DNA of 58,924 bases, the filler included, from Candidatus Hydrogenedentota bacterium (GTDB lineage: Bacteria; JBFMHD01): assembly GCA_040752395.1 (NCBI GenBank). It is 4 parts of 4 records of this genome, joined end to end, with 100 filler letters (N's around TTAATTAATTAA, not from the genome) between each part and the next. Parts side by side here need not be neighbours in the genome. Positions count along the whole stretch, not along the records: positions 15,505 to 30,780 come from JBFMHD010000055.1; 3 more parts are not named here. One strand, given 5' to 3'. The stretch's first letter is position 1, and every line of letters begins with the position of its first letter. A program made the translations under genes and the position numbers. Below, piece after piece: positions 18,136 through 27,474 of this stretch. The notes under the pieces were generated by a model. That model was given only the letters and a program-made list of their open reading frames with translations. It searched no databases and was not told where the DNA came from.

Positions 18136-20052
18136 ATGGTGAGCCCATTTTTTGGACTGGAGATAGCTAAACGAGGACTTGAAGCATCTCGTAAAGCACT
18201 TGATGTCATAAGTCATAATATAGCAAATGCTAATAATCCTGACTACTCAAGACAGGAAATAACCTTATCAACAACCGATCCTGTATTTCTACCTGCATTA
18301 AGAAATAAGATAGACGCAGGGATGCTGGGGAGCGGTGTAGAAGTAGCTATGGTTGATAGAATTATAGACCCTTTACTCTCACAACGCATAGGTGATGCAT
18401 TACAGAAAAAATCAGGTTATGAAGAAGAAACTAATATATTAAAGCAACTTGAAGACATATTTGCAGAACCCTCAGATAATGGTATAAGAACAGCGATTGA
18501 TAATTTTTTCTTATCATGGAACGAGTTATCAAAGAATCCCGAGAGTATGGCTGCACGCGCAGCAGTAAGAGAGAGTGGTCAGACTTTAGGAGATGTATTC
18601 AGGGATATTTATACACGGATCCAGGATCTTGGTGGTGTTGGGATACCCGGGGATTCTGCTGTAGAAACAGCTATTTACGATGCTGTTGATGATATTAATA
18701 GAATAGGACTTGAACTCTCTGAGATTAATTCAAAGATAAAAGCTATAGAGATAACTGGTGATAACCCGAATGATTATCTTGACACAAGAGATGCCCTGAT
18801 TCGCGAGTTAAGCGAGATCGTTGATGTCTCAACATCTCAAACTGATGAGGATGAGTTCAGGGTGTTAATAGCTGGTCAGGTTCTTGTTCAGGGTAATCTT
18901 TTCAATGAAGTAAGTGCTATAAGAAACAGTGTCACTGACCATCTTGAAATATTTTCAAATCGCAGTAATTATCCTGTTTATGTAAAAGAAGGAAGACTCG
19001 CGATACTCCAGGAGATGGCTTATGAGTATATACCAGAAGTATTAAGTAAACTTGATACACTTGCTGAAAGCATTGTTACACGAGTGAACGATTTACATAG
19101 AGCAGGTTTTGGAATGGATGAACAGAGCCCAAGCACAGGGATCAATTTTTTTCAAGCATTTGATTCTGATCCTGATTCAGTAGAGGTATATTCTGTTACT
19201 GGCTCACAAACAATAATGTTTCCCGAGGTACCATTAAATGGAGATACTACAGACGCCTCGGTACCTGAGAATTTTGAGTATGACAATATAAATAGTGGTA
19301 GTTTACTTATTAATGGTTATCAGATAACTTATGATGCTGATAATGATACTATTTTAGATATAATCAGTAGAATAAACAGCAGTAATTCTGGGGTCATTGC
19401 ATGGCTTGACCCGTCAAACAGGCTTGTATTAAAAGCAACAAAAGATTCAAATTATGAGATACAGACATTAAGGGATACAGGTACACTACTTGAAAAATTA
19501 GGTATCACAGTGGCAAATGGGACTATCCCTGGCTCACAGGGACCTATTGTATCAAGAACCAATGATGGAGATATTATAAACGTAGCTCAACGAATCGAGA
19601 GACCGCCATCTTTAACTGGTCTTGCATTATATATAGAGATTAGCGACGAGGTGATGCAGGATTTATCAAAGATCGCTGCGGCGAAAGGAACAGATACAGA
19701 CCTTGATGGTGATTGGGATGAGACATTAGGCCCGACTGATGGGTCGAATGCACTTGCCATATCAGAGTTAAGGAACGAACTTGTTATGAGTGGGGATACC
19801 GCATCTTTTTCAACATATTATAATTCTCTGACCTCAGAGATAGCTGTAAAGAGTGCTACAGCTAAAAGCAATTATGAACGCAGTGAAGATGAGGTCCTCA
19901 GTCTTAAGAATTTACGAGAGTCTATAAGTGGGGTTTCGATAGATGAAGAACTAACAAACCTTATAAAATTTCAACGCGGGTTTGAGGCAAATGCACGAGT
20001 AATTCGTACTCAAAACGAGATACTTCAGATTTTGATGACAATTGGAGAATAA
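18136..20052 (+). CDS. flgK: Flagellar hook-associated protein FlgK
   Basis: SHNIANANNPDYSRQ N-terminus; SGVSIDEELTNLIKFQ C-terminus. Confidence 0.96.
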   Translation: MVSPFFGLEIAKRGLEASRKALDVISHNIANANNPDYSRQEITLSTTDPVFLPALRNKIDAGMLGSGVEVAMVDRIIDPLLSQRIGDALQKKSGYEEETNILKQLEDIFAEPSDNGIRTAIDNFFLSWNELSKNPESMAARAAVRESGQTLGDVFRDIYTRIQDLGGVGIPGDSAVETAIYDAVDDINRIGLELSEINSKIKAIEITGDNPNDYLDTRDALIRELSEIVDVSTSQTDEDEFRVLIAGQVLVQGNLFNEVSAIRNSVTDHLEIFSNRSNYPVYVKEGRLAILQEMAYEYIPEVLSKLDTLAESIVTRVNDLHRAGFGMDEQSPSTGINFFQAFDSDPDSVEVYSVTGSQTIMFPEVPLNGDTTDASVPENFEYDNINSGSLLINGYQITYDADNDTILDIISRINSSNSGVIAWLDPSNRLVLKATKDSNYEIQTLRDTGTLLEKLGITVANGTIPGSQGPIVSRTNDGDIINVAQRIERPPSLTGLALYIEISDEVMQDLSKIAAAKGTDTDLDGDWDETLGPTDGSNALAISELRNELVMSGDTASFSTYYNSLTSEIAVKSATAKSNYERSEDEVLSLKNLRESISGVSIDEELTNLIKFQRGFEANARVIRTQNEILQILMTIGE

Positions 20053-20055
20053 TGT

Positions 20056-22050
20056 ATGACTTTGCGGGTAACACAAAACAACCTTTTTAATAATTCGTTA
20101 TATTACATACAGCAGAATCAACGAGAATACGATGATCTTCAGCTTCAATTAGCAACAGGTAAAAAAATTCATAGACCATCAGATGACCCGGTAAACTCTG
20201 CAAGAATACTTGCTCTAAAGACTGATCTAAAAGAGATGGAAAAATATAAAGAGAATATAAAGAATGGGGTCGATTTGTTAAACATCTATGATTCTACTAT
20301 GGATAAAGCTCAAGAGATAGCAAAAAGAGCAAGAACTTTAGCTATCCAGGGCGGGAACGATACTTTAACACAAAGCGATCGAGAGTTAATAGCTACTGAG
20401 ATAGACCAGCTTATAGAAGAAGCTGTTAGTATAGCAAATACAAAATATGAAGGGAGATATATTTTTGCAGGCGGAGAACAGCTGGATCTACCGTTTAATG
20501 GCGACCCGTTTACAGTTACAAGAGATAATTCAAACAGGATTACCGATGTGCAGTTTGTGGGGAATAAAGCAGCTATATACAGGGAGTATCAAGAAAATAA
20601 AAATGTTCAGGTTAATATTTTTGGTGATGAAGCCTTTTATGCTCAAAATGAGGTTGTAACTACAGCCTCTACAATAATTAATCAGAGCGGGAACCCGGTT
20701 GTTGTTCAGAATGCTGCACGCGAACTGGATGTATATTTTCCTGATAGCCCGACTGAAGGCTATTTCAGGATAAATGGGGTCGATATTTATTATGACAAAG
20801 ATGGTCAGGGTATTACTCAGGGGGATTCTTTACTCGATATAGCAAACAGAATAACTCAATCAGAAGCTGGTGTCACAGCAAGGGTTGTAGGAGAACTTGA
20901 GGGTTATGCGGGTTTTGCTGACCCTGATGCTGCTATCGGGTTTCCACCAGCAGCTAATGGAGATAACAGTATCTCAATAAATGGTGTCAGTATAGAATTT
21001 AATGTTAATGATTCGCTTAATGATATTATTACAAGACTTAATAATGTTTCAGACAAGACAAATGTCACTGCATCAACTGAAGAGGATGCTTTAGGGAATT
21101 ATCATATAGTTTTAAGTGGCGGTGTGGAGATAGATGATGTTGCTGTACCGCCAAAAGCAGGTGTCTTTACAACGCTTGGTATAACAACAAGTGACCAGAC
21201 AGGTGTCTCGTATCCGAATAATCTTATAAAGCAGGTTATATCCTCCAATTCTGTAAATGATCCAACAGCTCCTTTAAACACACAATTTTCAGGTGCAATA
21301 AATGGGAACATTAACATAAATGGGGTTGATATAGCTGTTAATGTGAATAATAGTTTAATAGCGTTAGCTGCTCAGATCGATGCTTTAGCGGGTATAACCT
21401 CTTATGTTAATAATGATAATCAGCTTGTGATATCAGGTGCGAATATAAGTATAGATACATTAGCCCCACCACCGCCAGCAGCACCACAATCAAATATCTT
21501 TGATGAGAATAGACTCGGGATTATGAGTTCAACCGCTCAGGATATAGCTATTAATGGTCCAGCGTATCAGCTTTCCTTAACAACAAATAATCCGGGACAG
21601 ATATCGATGGAAGACATTAATGGAGGCAAGTTTTTAACACAGGATTTGATGCTTATAGATGAATTAAGAAAGCCTGCAAATAATTATTCGGATCAGGCAA
21701 CGCTTGAGAGGATAACTCTTTTCGAGGCTTTAATAAGATTGCGGGATGACTTGATAACTGGTGGTTCTGCACTTGATGACGTGCGAGGCAGAGATATAGA
21801 ATACCTTGATAATTATCTTAATAATTCAGGGGGGGTACGCACTACAGTTGGTGCGAGAGTAAATAGATTAGAGGAAGCAGAAAACCGACTTGAAGATTAT
21901 ACTATTACAACAACCGATGCATTAAGCAGATTAGAAGACGTGGATTTAGCAGAAGTTATAAGTGAGTTACAAAAACATAGTATTATGAGTCAGGCCTCTT
22001 TAGCTGCAAGTTCAAGAATATTTCAGACAAGTTTACTAAATTTTCTATGA
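20056..22050 (+). CDS. flgL: Flagellar hook-associated protein FlgL (large, 664 aa)
   Basis: QLATGKKIHRPSDDP, GRYIFAG, VGARVNRLE, SLLNFL. Confidence 0.95.
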   Translation: MTLRVTQNNLFNNSLYYIQQNQREYDDLQLQLATGKKIHRPSDDPVNSARILALKTDLKEMEKYKENIKNGVDLLNIYDSTMDKAQEIAKRARTLAIQGGNDTLTQSDRELIATEIDQLIEEAVSIANTKYEGRYIFAGGEQLDLPFNGDPFTVTRDNSNRITDVQFVGNKAAIYREYQENKNVQVNIFGDEAFYAQNEVVTTASTIINQSGNPVVVQNAARELDVYFPDSPTEGYFRINGVDIYYDKDGQGITQGDSLLDIANRITQSEAGVTARVVGELEGYAGFADPDAAIGFPPAANGDNSISINGVSIEFNVNDSLNDIITRLNNVSDKTNVTASTEEDALGNYHIVLSGGVEIDDVAVPPKAGVFTTLGITTSDQTGVSYPNNLIKQVISSNSVNDPTAPLNTQFSGAINGNININGVDIAVNVNNSLIALAAQIDALAGITSYVNNDNQLVISGANISIDTLAPPPPAAPQSNIFDENRLGIMSSTAQDIAINGPAYQLSLTTNNPGQISMEDINGGKFLTQDLMLIDELRKPANNYSDQATLERITLFEALIRLRDDLITGGSALDDVRGRDIEYLDNYLNNSGGVRTTVGARVNRLEEAENRLEDYTITTTDALSRLEDVDLAEVISELQKHSIMSQASLAASSRIFQTSLLNFL

Positions 22051-22059
22051 AATTAATGC

Positions 22060-22088
22060 TTGAATTAATATTTAAATTGTAGTAAAAT
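22060..22088 (+). promoter_or_regulatory. Internal sigma70-type promoter for fliW-csrA
   Basis: TTGAAT-17-TAAAAT. Confidence 0.6.
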
Positions 22089-22107
22089 AATAAATAGAAG
22101 TTCGGAG

Positions 22108-22150
22108 TTCTGATACTTCTCACTTCTTACTTCTTACTTTTTCAGAGGAG
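22108..22150 (+). repeat. Short copy of modular repeat supplying the fliW SD
   Basis: ctgatacttctcacttcttacttcttactttttcagaggag then TTG 22158. Confidence 0.8.
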
Positions 22151-22157
22151 TTACAAT

Positions 22158-22640
22158 TTGAGAATCAAAACTAAACCCTATGGTGAAGTTGAAATAAATG
22201 AAGCTAATATTATAAAAATAGTTGATGGTTTATTTGGGTTTCCTGGTCTTGAAAATTATGTATTTCTGGAGTCAAAAACAGAGGGTCCCTTTTTATGGCT
22301 GCAGAGTCTTGACGAGCCAGGATTGGCATTTGTGGTTATCAGACCCGAAGAATTTAAAGCAGATTATAAACTAAGCGTTGCACTTGAAGACATTAAATCA
22401 ATAGGTTTAGAATCACCGGATGAAGCTGTAAGCATTGCATTAGTTGTGATTCCTCCTGACCCGAAACAGATGACCGCAAATCTTCAAGGACCGATTGTGC
22501 TGAACGTACAATCCAAAATCGCAAGACAGATGATATCATTAAATCCTGAATATAAAATAAAACATCATATATTAGATGAGATGAAAGTTTTACTCGAGAA
22601 AACCAAAGAAGGAATGCATAAAGAGGAAGTGAAGGATTAA
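22158..22640 (+). CDS. fliW: Flagellar assembly factor / CsrA antagonist FliW
   Basis: [21 protein letters not shown]; directly upstream of csrA. Confidence 0.95.
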   Translation: MRIKTKPYGEVEINEANIIKIVDGLFGFPGLENYVFLESKTEGPFLWLQSLDEPGLAFVVIRPEEFKADYKLSVALEDIKSIGLESPDEAVSIALVVIPPDPKQMTANLQGPIVLNVQSKIARQMISLNPEYKIKHHILDEMKVLLEKTKEGMHKEEVKD

Positions 22641-22885
22641 TGCTTGTTTTAGCAAGAAAGATTAATCAATCTATAATGATAGGTGATAATGTTGAAATTG
22701 TTATTGTTGATGTACAGGGTGACCAGGTAAAAGTTGGTATTCAGGCGCCTAAAGAAATTAAAATTTTTAGAAAAGAGATATATGATGAGATACAGCGAGA
22801 GAATATACTCGCAGCGAGCGCATCGGAAAAAGCACTTGAAAAAATAGAAGAATTACTACCTAAAAAGAAAGACAGAGAAAAGTAA
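22640..22885 (+). CDS. csrA: Carbon storage regulator CsrA with C-terminal extension
   Basis: MLVLARK...SIMIGD...[19 protein letters not shown]...ENILA. Confidence 0.97.
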   Translation: MLVLARKINQSIMIGDNVEIVIVDVQGDQVKVGIQAPKEIKIFRKEIYDEIQRENILAASASEKALEKIEELLPKKKDREK

Positions 22886-22946
22886 TAACACAGGTATAGA
22901 TAGAAGACAGAAGTAAGAAGTGATACGAAAAAAAATAAAAAAATAT

Positions 22947-22973
22947 TAAAGTTTTAATAAAGTTTGTCGATAA
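22947..22973 (+). promoter_or_regulatory. sigma28 promoter for flagellin 1 (leader ~325 nt)
   Basis: TAAA-N15-GTCGATAA. Confidence 0.8.
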
Positions 22974-23093
22974 TATTAATGAATAGGCCTTGTAATGTTT
23001 TTATAATTCTTTTAATTACAAGGATTTTTTCGGTAAGGAAACCGGGAAACTAAAAAGTATTCCAGGGATGGTTTTAATTAAATTTGAATTCCC

Positions 23094-23131
23094 AAAACCC
23101 TGGTAAATAGAAAGTTTCCCAGGGTTTTTTT
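23094..23131 (+). terminator. Intrinsic terminator-like hairpin inside the flagellin 1 leader
   Basis: aaaaccctgg / ccagggtttt stem with T7 tract, between promoter and start codon. Confidence 0.65.
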
Positions 23132-23264
23132 ATTTTATAATGTAATTTTGTGTTCTTTCAAAACTAAATTATTTAAGAGGTAGTTAGACCAACTACCAGG
23201 ATATAGATAAAACTCAAGAAGTGACAGGAGTAGAAGTCCAAGGGAGAGAGCGAACTTACAGGAA

Positions 23265-23297
23265 TGACAAGGATGTCAAATTTATGAATCAAGGAGG
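23265..23297 (+). promoter_or_regulatory. CsrA-binding hairpin and SD-overlapping CsrA site of flagellin 1
   Basis: tgaca-AGGA-tgtca hairpin, then ATCAAGGAGG. Confidence 0.75.
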
Positions 23298-23306
23298 AAA
23301 AAAACC

Positions 23307-24269
23307 ATGGCATTTAGAGTTAATTCAAACATTCCCGCTCTCTTTGCTCAGAGACAACTCACAATAACAAACTTCAAAGTACAGAAGAATATTGAGCGAT
23401 TATCCTCTGGTTACCGCATCAATAGAGCAGCTGATGATGCAGCAGGGTTAGCAGTCAGTGAAAAATTAAGAACACAGATAAATGGTATAAAACAGGCAAG
23501 ACTGAATGTTCAGGATGGTATCTCTTTAATCCAGACAGCAGAAGGTGGTCTTCAAGAGATACAGGATAATTTACACAGATTACGAGTTTTAGCAATCCAA
23601 TCAGCAAACGATATCTTAACTACAGTTGATAGATATCTAATCCAGCTTGAGTTTAATCAGGTTCTTGATGAGATAGACAGAGCTGCTTCCTCAGTACAAT
23701 TTAACACCAAACAATTGTTAAGAGGAGCATATTCTCTGGATATGGTAAGTAATCCTTCAGGAACTAATAATACTTATCCAGGTAGTTTAGTGCTTCACGT
23801 AGGTGCGAATGCGAATGATACCATAGCTATTCATATACCGAGCATATCGACAGCAGCTTTGGGAACGGTTCATGGCCAGTTTAGCTCCCCTTCCGGTATA
23901 AAAATATCATCATTAAGGGTTGATAACGTAACAGGGTATAATACAAGATTATCGATACTTGCAGCGAATGCTGGTGTGATGACACGAAGAGCAGCTGAAT
24001 CAGCAATCGGTATAATAACAAGCGGTATAAATATGGTTTCTGAAGTAAGAGCGAACCTTGGTGCGTGTCAGAACAGATTAGAGTCAACATTTAATTTCTT
24101 GGGTGTTGTGCTTGAAAATATAACGAGTTCTGAATCAAGAATCAGAGATGTTGATGTAAGCGCAGAGGTGGTAGATTTTACTAAGAACCAGATATTAGTT
24201 CAGACAGGTACAGCAGCGTTAGCTCAAGCAAACGTAGCACCGCAGACCGTTTTGCAGTTGTTACAGTAA
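23307..24269 (+). CDS. fliC: Flagellin 1 (320 aa)
   Basis: ERLSSGYRINRAADDAAGLA, QNRLE, ESRIRDVD, LAQAN...VLQLLQ. Confidence 0.97.
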   Translation: MAFRVNSNIPALFAQRQLTITNFKVQKNIERLSSGYRINRAADDAAGLAVSEKLRTQINGIKQARLNVQDGISLIQTAEGGLQEIQDNLHRLRVLAIQSANDILTTVDRYLIQLEFNQVLDEIDRAASSVQFNTKQLLRGAYSLDMVSNPSGTNNTYPGSLVLHVGANANDTIAIHIPSISTAALGTVHGQFSSPSGIKISSLRVDNVTGYNTRLSILAANAGVMTRRAAESAIGIITSGINMVSEVRANLGACQNRLESTFNFLGVVLENITSSESRIRDVDVSAEVVDFTKNQILVQTGTAALAQANVAPQTVLQLLQ

Positions 24270-24296
24270 AACCAGTATTAAAGTAAGGGGTTAAAA

Positions 24297-24334
24297 GATC
24301 CTCTGATATTAGCTCAGAGGATCCCCCCTTTTTT
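24297..24334 (+). terminator. Terminator after flagellin 1
   Basis: gatcctctga / tcagaggatc then C-run and T6. Confidence 0.7.
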
Positions 24335-24350
24335 AAAATAAACTAATCAC

Positions 24351-24418
24351 AAAGCCTCATAAAACATTCTCTTAACCGTGAAAAACGGTTAAGAGACATA
24401 GTGATTTTATGAGGCTTT
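24351..24418. repeat. Long two-part inverted repeat
   Basis: aaagcctcataaaa/ttttatgaggcttt (14 bp) enclosing tctcttaaccgt/acggttaagaga (12 bp), loop gaaaa. Confidence 0.8.
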
Positions 24419-24810
24419 TGGCGTTCTTTGAAAAAATAATATTAACATTCATTGCCAAAATTAAGCTACAATGTTAGGCGAGATTCTTTTTTTGTCGAAT
24501 TGCAAATTGAAGATTGCAAAAATGAAATCAGTTGAACTTCTCAACTTTTTCGAAAGAGAGTGAATAAATTTGCAATTTACAATTGAGCGGAGCGACAAAT
24601 TGTTATGGGACCTATCCTGCAGATGACTTTCTTTATTAATCCCGGCCCCTGTCATAGATAAGGGGAGAAGAGGATTATGGCGAGATTCTCTTTTTATAAA
24701 AGAAAGTTAACCAGGATAAGGTTTTTTATAAAGGAGGAGTAAACCTCTAGTTAAAAAATCCGTGAGAGAAAGGCGTCTCTTACGAAAAAGAACATCAAGG
24801 AGGGTGTATT

Positions 24811-25632
24811 ATGGCTTTCCATTTAAGATCAAACATTGTTGCGGACTTTGCCCGCAGAAACCTTGGCTTAACAATAGCAAGACAGAACCTGGCTCTTGAA
24901 CGATTGACCTCTGGTCTTCGTATCAACCGTTCAGCTGATGATCCTGCGGGTCTGGCAGTGAGTGAACGGTTAAGAACGCAAGTTCTTGGGCTACATCAGG
25001 CACAGCGGAACTCGGAGGATGCTATAAGTCTCGTTCAGATAGCTGAAGGAGGTCTTCAGCAGATTGACGAGATTATTCAAAGAATGAGATCTCTCGCTAT
25101 CCAAGCAGCAAATGCTACTTTAACAAGTGCAGATAGAACATTGGTTCAGGTTGAGATTAATCAGCTGATAGATGAGATTGACCGTCAGGCGTCTTCAACC
25201 CAGTTCAATACCAAGAAGATATTTACACAGAATCAATCCTTAACATTTCACGTAGGTGCTAACCGAACAGATACTCTAACACTCCAGATTTCATCGGTTA
25301 CTGCTGCGGGTCTTGGGGTAGATACCGTAGATGTTACTGGTTCAAGTAACGTGAATGCGTTAAAGGCGATCTCACAGCTTGACACAGCGCTTGACAGGAT
25401 AAACACTCAGAGAGCAAATTTAGGAGCGTTCCAGAACAGACTTGAAAACGTTGTCAATTTCATTGGGATATCTAGTGAAAATATGGCTTCAGCATTAGCA
25501 AAGGTACGAGAAGCTGATATAGCTGAAGAAATAGTGAATTTCACAAGAGAGCAGATATTAGCTCAGACAGGTACTGCGCTACTTGCTCAAGCTAACCAGA
25601 CACCGGCAACAGTCTTAGCTTTGCTTACGTAA
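24811..25632 (+). CDS. fliC: Flagellin 2 (273 aa, minimal D0/D1)
   Basis: ERLTSGLRINRSADDPAGLA, LGAFQNRLE, LLAQAN. Confidence 0.96.
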   Translation: MAFHLRSNIVADFARRNLGLTIARQNLALERLTSGLRINRSADDPAGLAVSERLRTQVLGLHQAQRNSEDAISLVQIAEGGLQQIDEIIQRMRSLAIQAANATLTSADRTLVQVEINQLIDEIDRQASSTQFNTKKIFTQNQSLTFHVGANRTDTLTLQISSVTAAGLGVDTVDVTGSSNVNALKAISQLDTALDRINTQRANLGAFQNRLENVVNFIGISSENMASALAKVREADIAEEIVNFTREQILAQTGTALLAQANQTPATVLALLT

Positions 25633-25690
25633 CCTTTAAGTTCACTCGCCAGAATCAGTTCCAAGACAAAAAGTTGTCTTTTTTGAAAAT

Positions 25691-25728
25691 AAAACGAGCC
25701 AGGAGAACAGGGGCCTCCTGGCTGTTTT
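25691..25728 (+). terminator. Terminator after flagellin 2
   Basis: agccaggag / ctcctggct then gtttt. Confidence 0.6.
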
Positions 25729-25740
25729 AACACATCTAAT

Positions 25741-25903
25741 CAGTTATGGGTATAGAAGTAAGATAACGAAAGAAGCAAGAAGCAAGAGGCACAGAGGCAC
25801 AAAGTTGGTTTCAGGCTCCGGGCTTCGAGCTTCAGCCGGCTGTAGTCCGTAGCCTGTAGCCTGTACCCCGAATTATTAGAGTGACAGCGTTTTTCAGAGG
25901 AGG
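25741..25903 (+). repeat. Mosaic copy of modular heptamer repeat
   Basis: cagttatggg...agaagcaagaagcaagaggcacagaggcac...caggctccgggcttcgag...gtagcctgtagcctgt...gtttttcagaggagg. Confidence 0.9.
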
Positions 25904-26161
25904 TGAGAGGCGAAAAGATTCTTTTCATAGAACATAACAAGGAAATGCGGGATGTTATGGTGATGAAAGAACCACGGATGGTTCTGGTTCTTTTTAATCT
26001 TTCCTTAAAGACCCGCTGTTAAGATAGAAAACAGCAGTTTTCGATTGGCAGAATGGGTTTTGGTTCGCGGCGCGATGCCAGAACCACTTATAATTTCATA
26101 GTTTTATAACTTTAAATAAGGAAAGAGCGTAGTTTTCACTTAATCAAGGAGGGACTCATTT

Positions 26162-27076
26162 ATGGCATTTAGAATCAATACAAACATTCCCGCAATGTTT
26201 GCAGAACGTAATCTTACCATAACTAATAGGAACGTTGAAAAGAACATTGAGAAACTAAGTTCAGGTTTAAGAATCAATGTTGCAGCAGATGATGCTGCGG
26301 GTCTTGCGATTTCTGAAAGATTAAGAACTCAAGTAAATGGTTTGCGTCAGGCAAGACTGAATGTCCAGGATGGTATCTCATTAATCCAGACAGCAGAAGG
26401 TGGTATCTCAAATATCGGCAACTCGTTACAAAGATTAAGAACATTAGCGGTCCAGGCAGCGAATGATGTTATGACCACTATTGACCGTTATATGATTCAG
26501 CTTGAGTTTAACCAGCTGCTCGACGAAATAGACCGCCAGGTATCTTCAACTGAGTTTAACACCAAGAAATTGCTGACAGGTGTTTACAATACTGGTGGTA
26601 ATATAGGAAGTCTTGTCTTGCAGGTTGGAGCAAATAAAAACGATAAAATAAGCATACAGATTCCATCACTGTCCACGGCCAGTTTAGGTACGGTTCTTGG
26701 GTCAGGACAACCCGTGGGTGTTTATCTATCAGCTTTAAGAGTTACGGGTGATAGAAGTACAATATTAGGGACAAACCGCGGTGTGATGACTCGTGTTGCA
26801 GCGAACTCAACTATTTCTGTGCTTTCGAGCGCGATAAACTTAGTTTCTGAGACACGAGCAAAACTCGGCGCCTTACAAAACAGACTCCAGACAACTTTTG
26901 ATTTTCTTGGCATAGCGCTTGAAAACCAGGCTGCGAGTGAATCAAGAATCAGAGATCTGGATATAAGTTATGAGGTCGTTGAGTTCACCAAGAACCAGAT
27001 ATTAGTGCAGACAGGCGCGGCTGCATTAGCCCAGGCTAATGTTGCACCACAGTCTGTACTTCAGTTACTACAGTAA
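26162..27076 (+). CDS. fliC: Flagellin 3 (304 aa), closest to flagellin 1
   Basis: EKLSSGLRINVAADDAAGLA, LQNRL, ESRIRDLD; shares ARLNVQDGISLIQTAEGG and GVMTR with flagellin 1. Confidence 0.97.
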   Translation: MAFRINTNIPAMFAERNLTITNRNVEKNIEKLSSGLRINVAADDAAGLAISERLRTQVNGLRQARLNVQDGISLIQTAEGGISNIGNSLQRLRTLAVQAANDVMTTIDRYMIQLEFNQLLDEIDRQVSSTEFNTKKLLTGVYNTGGNIGSLVLQVGANKNDKISIQIPSLSTASLGTVLGSGQPVGVYLSALRVTGDRSTILGTNRGVMTRVAANSTISVLSSAINLVSETRAKLGALQNRLQTTFDFLGIALENQAASESRIRDLDISYEVVEFTKNQILVQTGAAALAQANVAPQSVLQLLQ

Positions 27077-27111
27077 TATATTTTTACTGTTACGCAACAG
27101 AAGAGGGGTTT

Positions 27112-27140
27112 AAGGCCGGTTTAAAAGACCGGCCTTTTTT
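27112..27140 (+). terminator. Terminator after flagellin 3
   Basis: aaggccggt / accggcctt + T tract. Confidence 0.8.
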
Positions 27141-27202
27141 ATTATCTTGCTCCCACGTGTCTCTTGATCTGGCTGGGTTTGGTACCAGCCCCTATGGCGT
27201 TT

Positions 27203-27264
27203 TTCCGTTATCTTGTTTCTTGCCTCTTGCCTCTTTTCCTTCCCTTTAAAGTGTCTCACGTTTT
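27203..27264 (+). repeat. Repeat module shared with 42330-42380
   Basis: ttccgttatcttgtttcttgcctcttgcctcttttccttccctttaaagtgtctcacgttt. Confidence 0.8.
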
Positions 27265-27474
27265 AGATGAAACTATTTAATTATTATATAAGTATATCCC
27301 GTTAATCAGTAAAAAACAATGCTAATATTTTTAGGGTTCAAATGAGAATGCTTAAGGCATTTATTAGACACGAAGGTACACAGGCACAGATGCACAAAGA
27401 AGAAAAAACAAGCTTAAAGTTTTTTAGGGGGAAAGTGTGAAAACCACCCTTTTTTCAAAAAAAAAGTGGGTTTT

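Noticed and set aside
24477-24695. ggcgagattct direct repeats (24477, 24679; variant near 25909) as sigma54 promoters
   Set aside because: No TTGC -12 element at the required spacing; could be another site but unsupported
22975-26161. c-di-GMP riboswitch in flagellin leaders
   Set aside because: No GEMM-type GGCAAAC...GAAA...CGCAAAGC pattern found by eye
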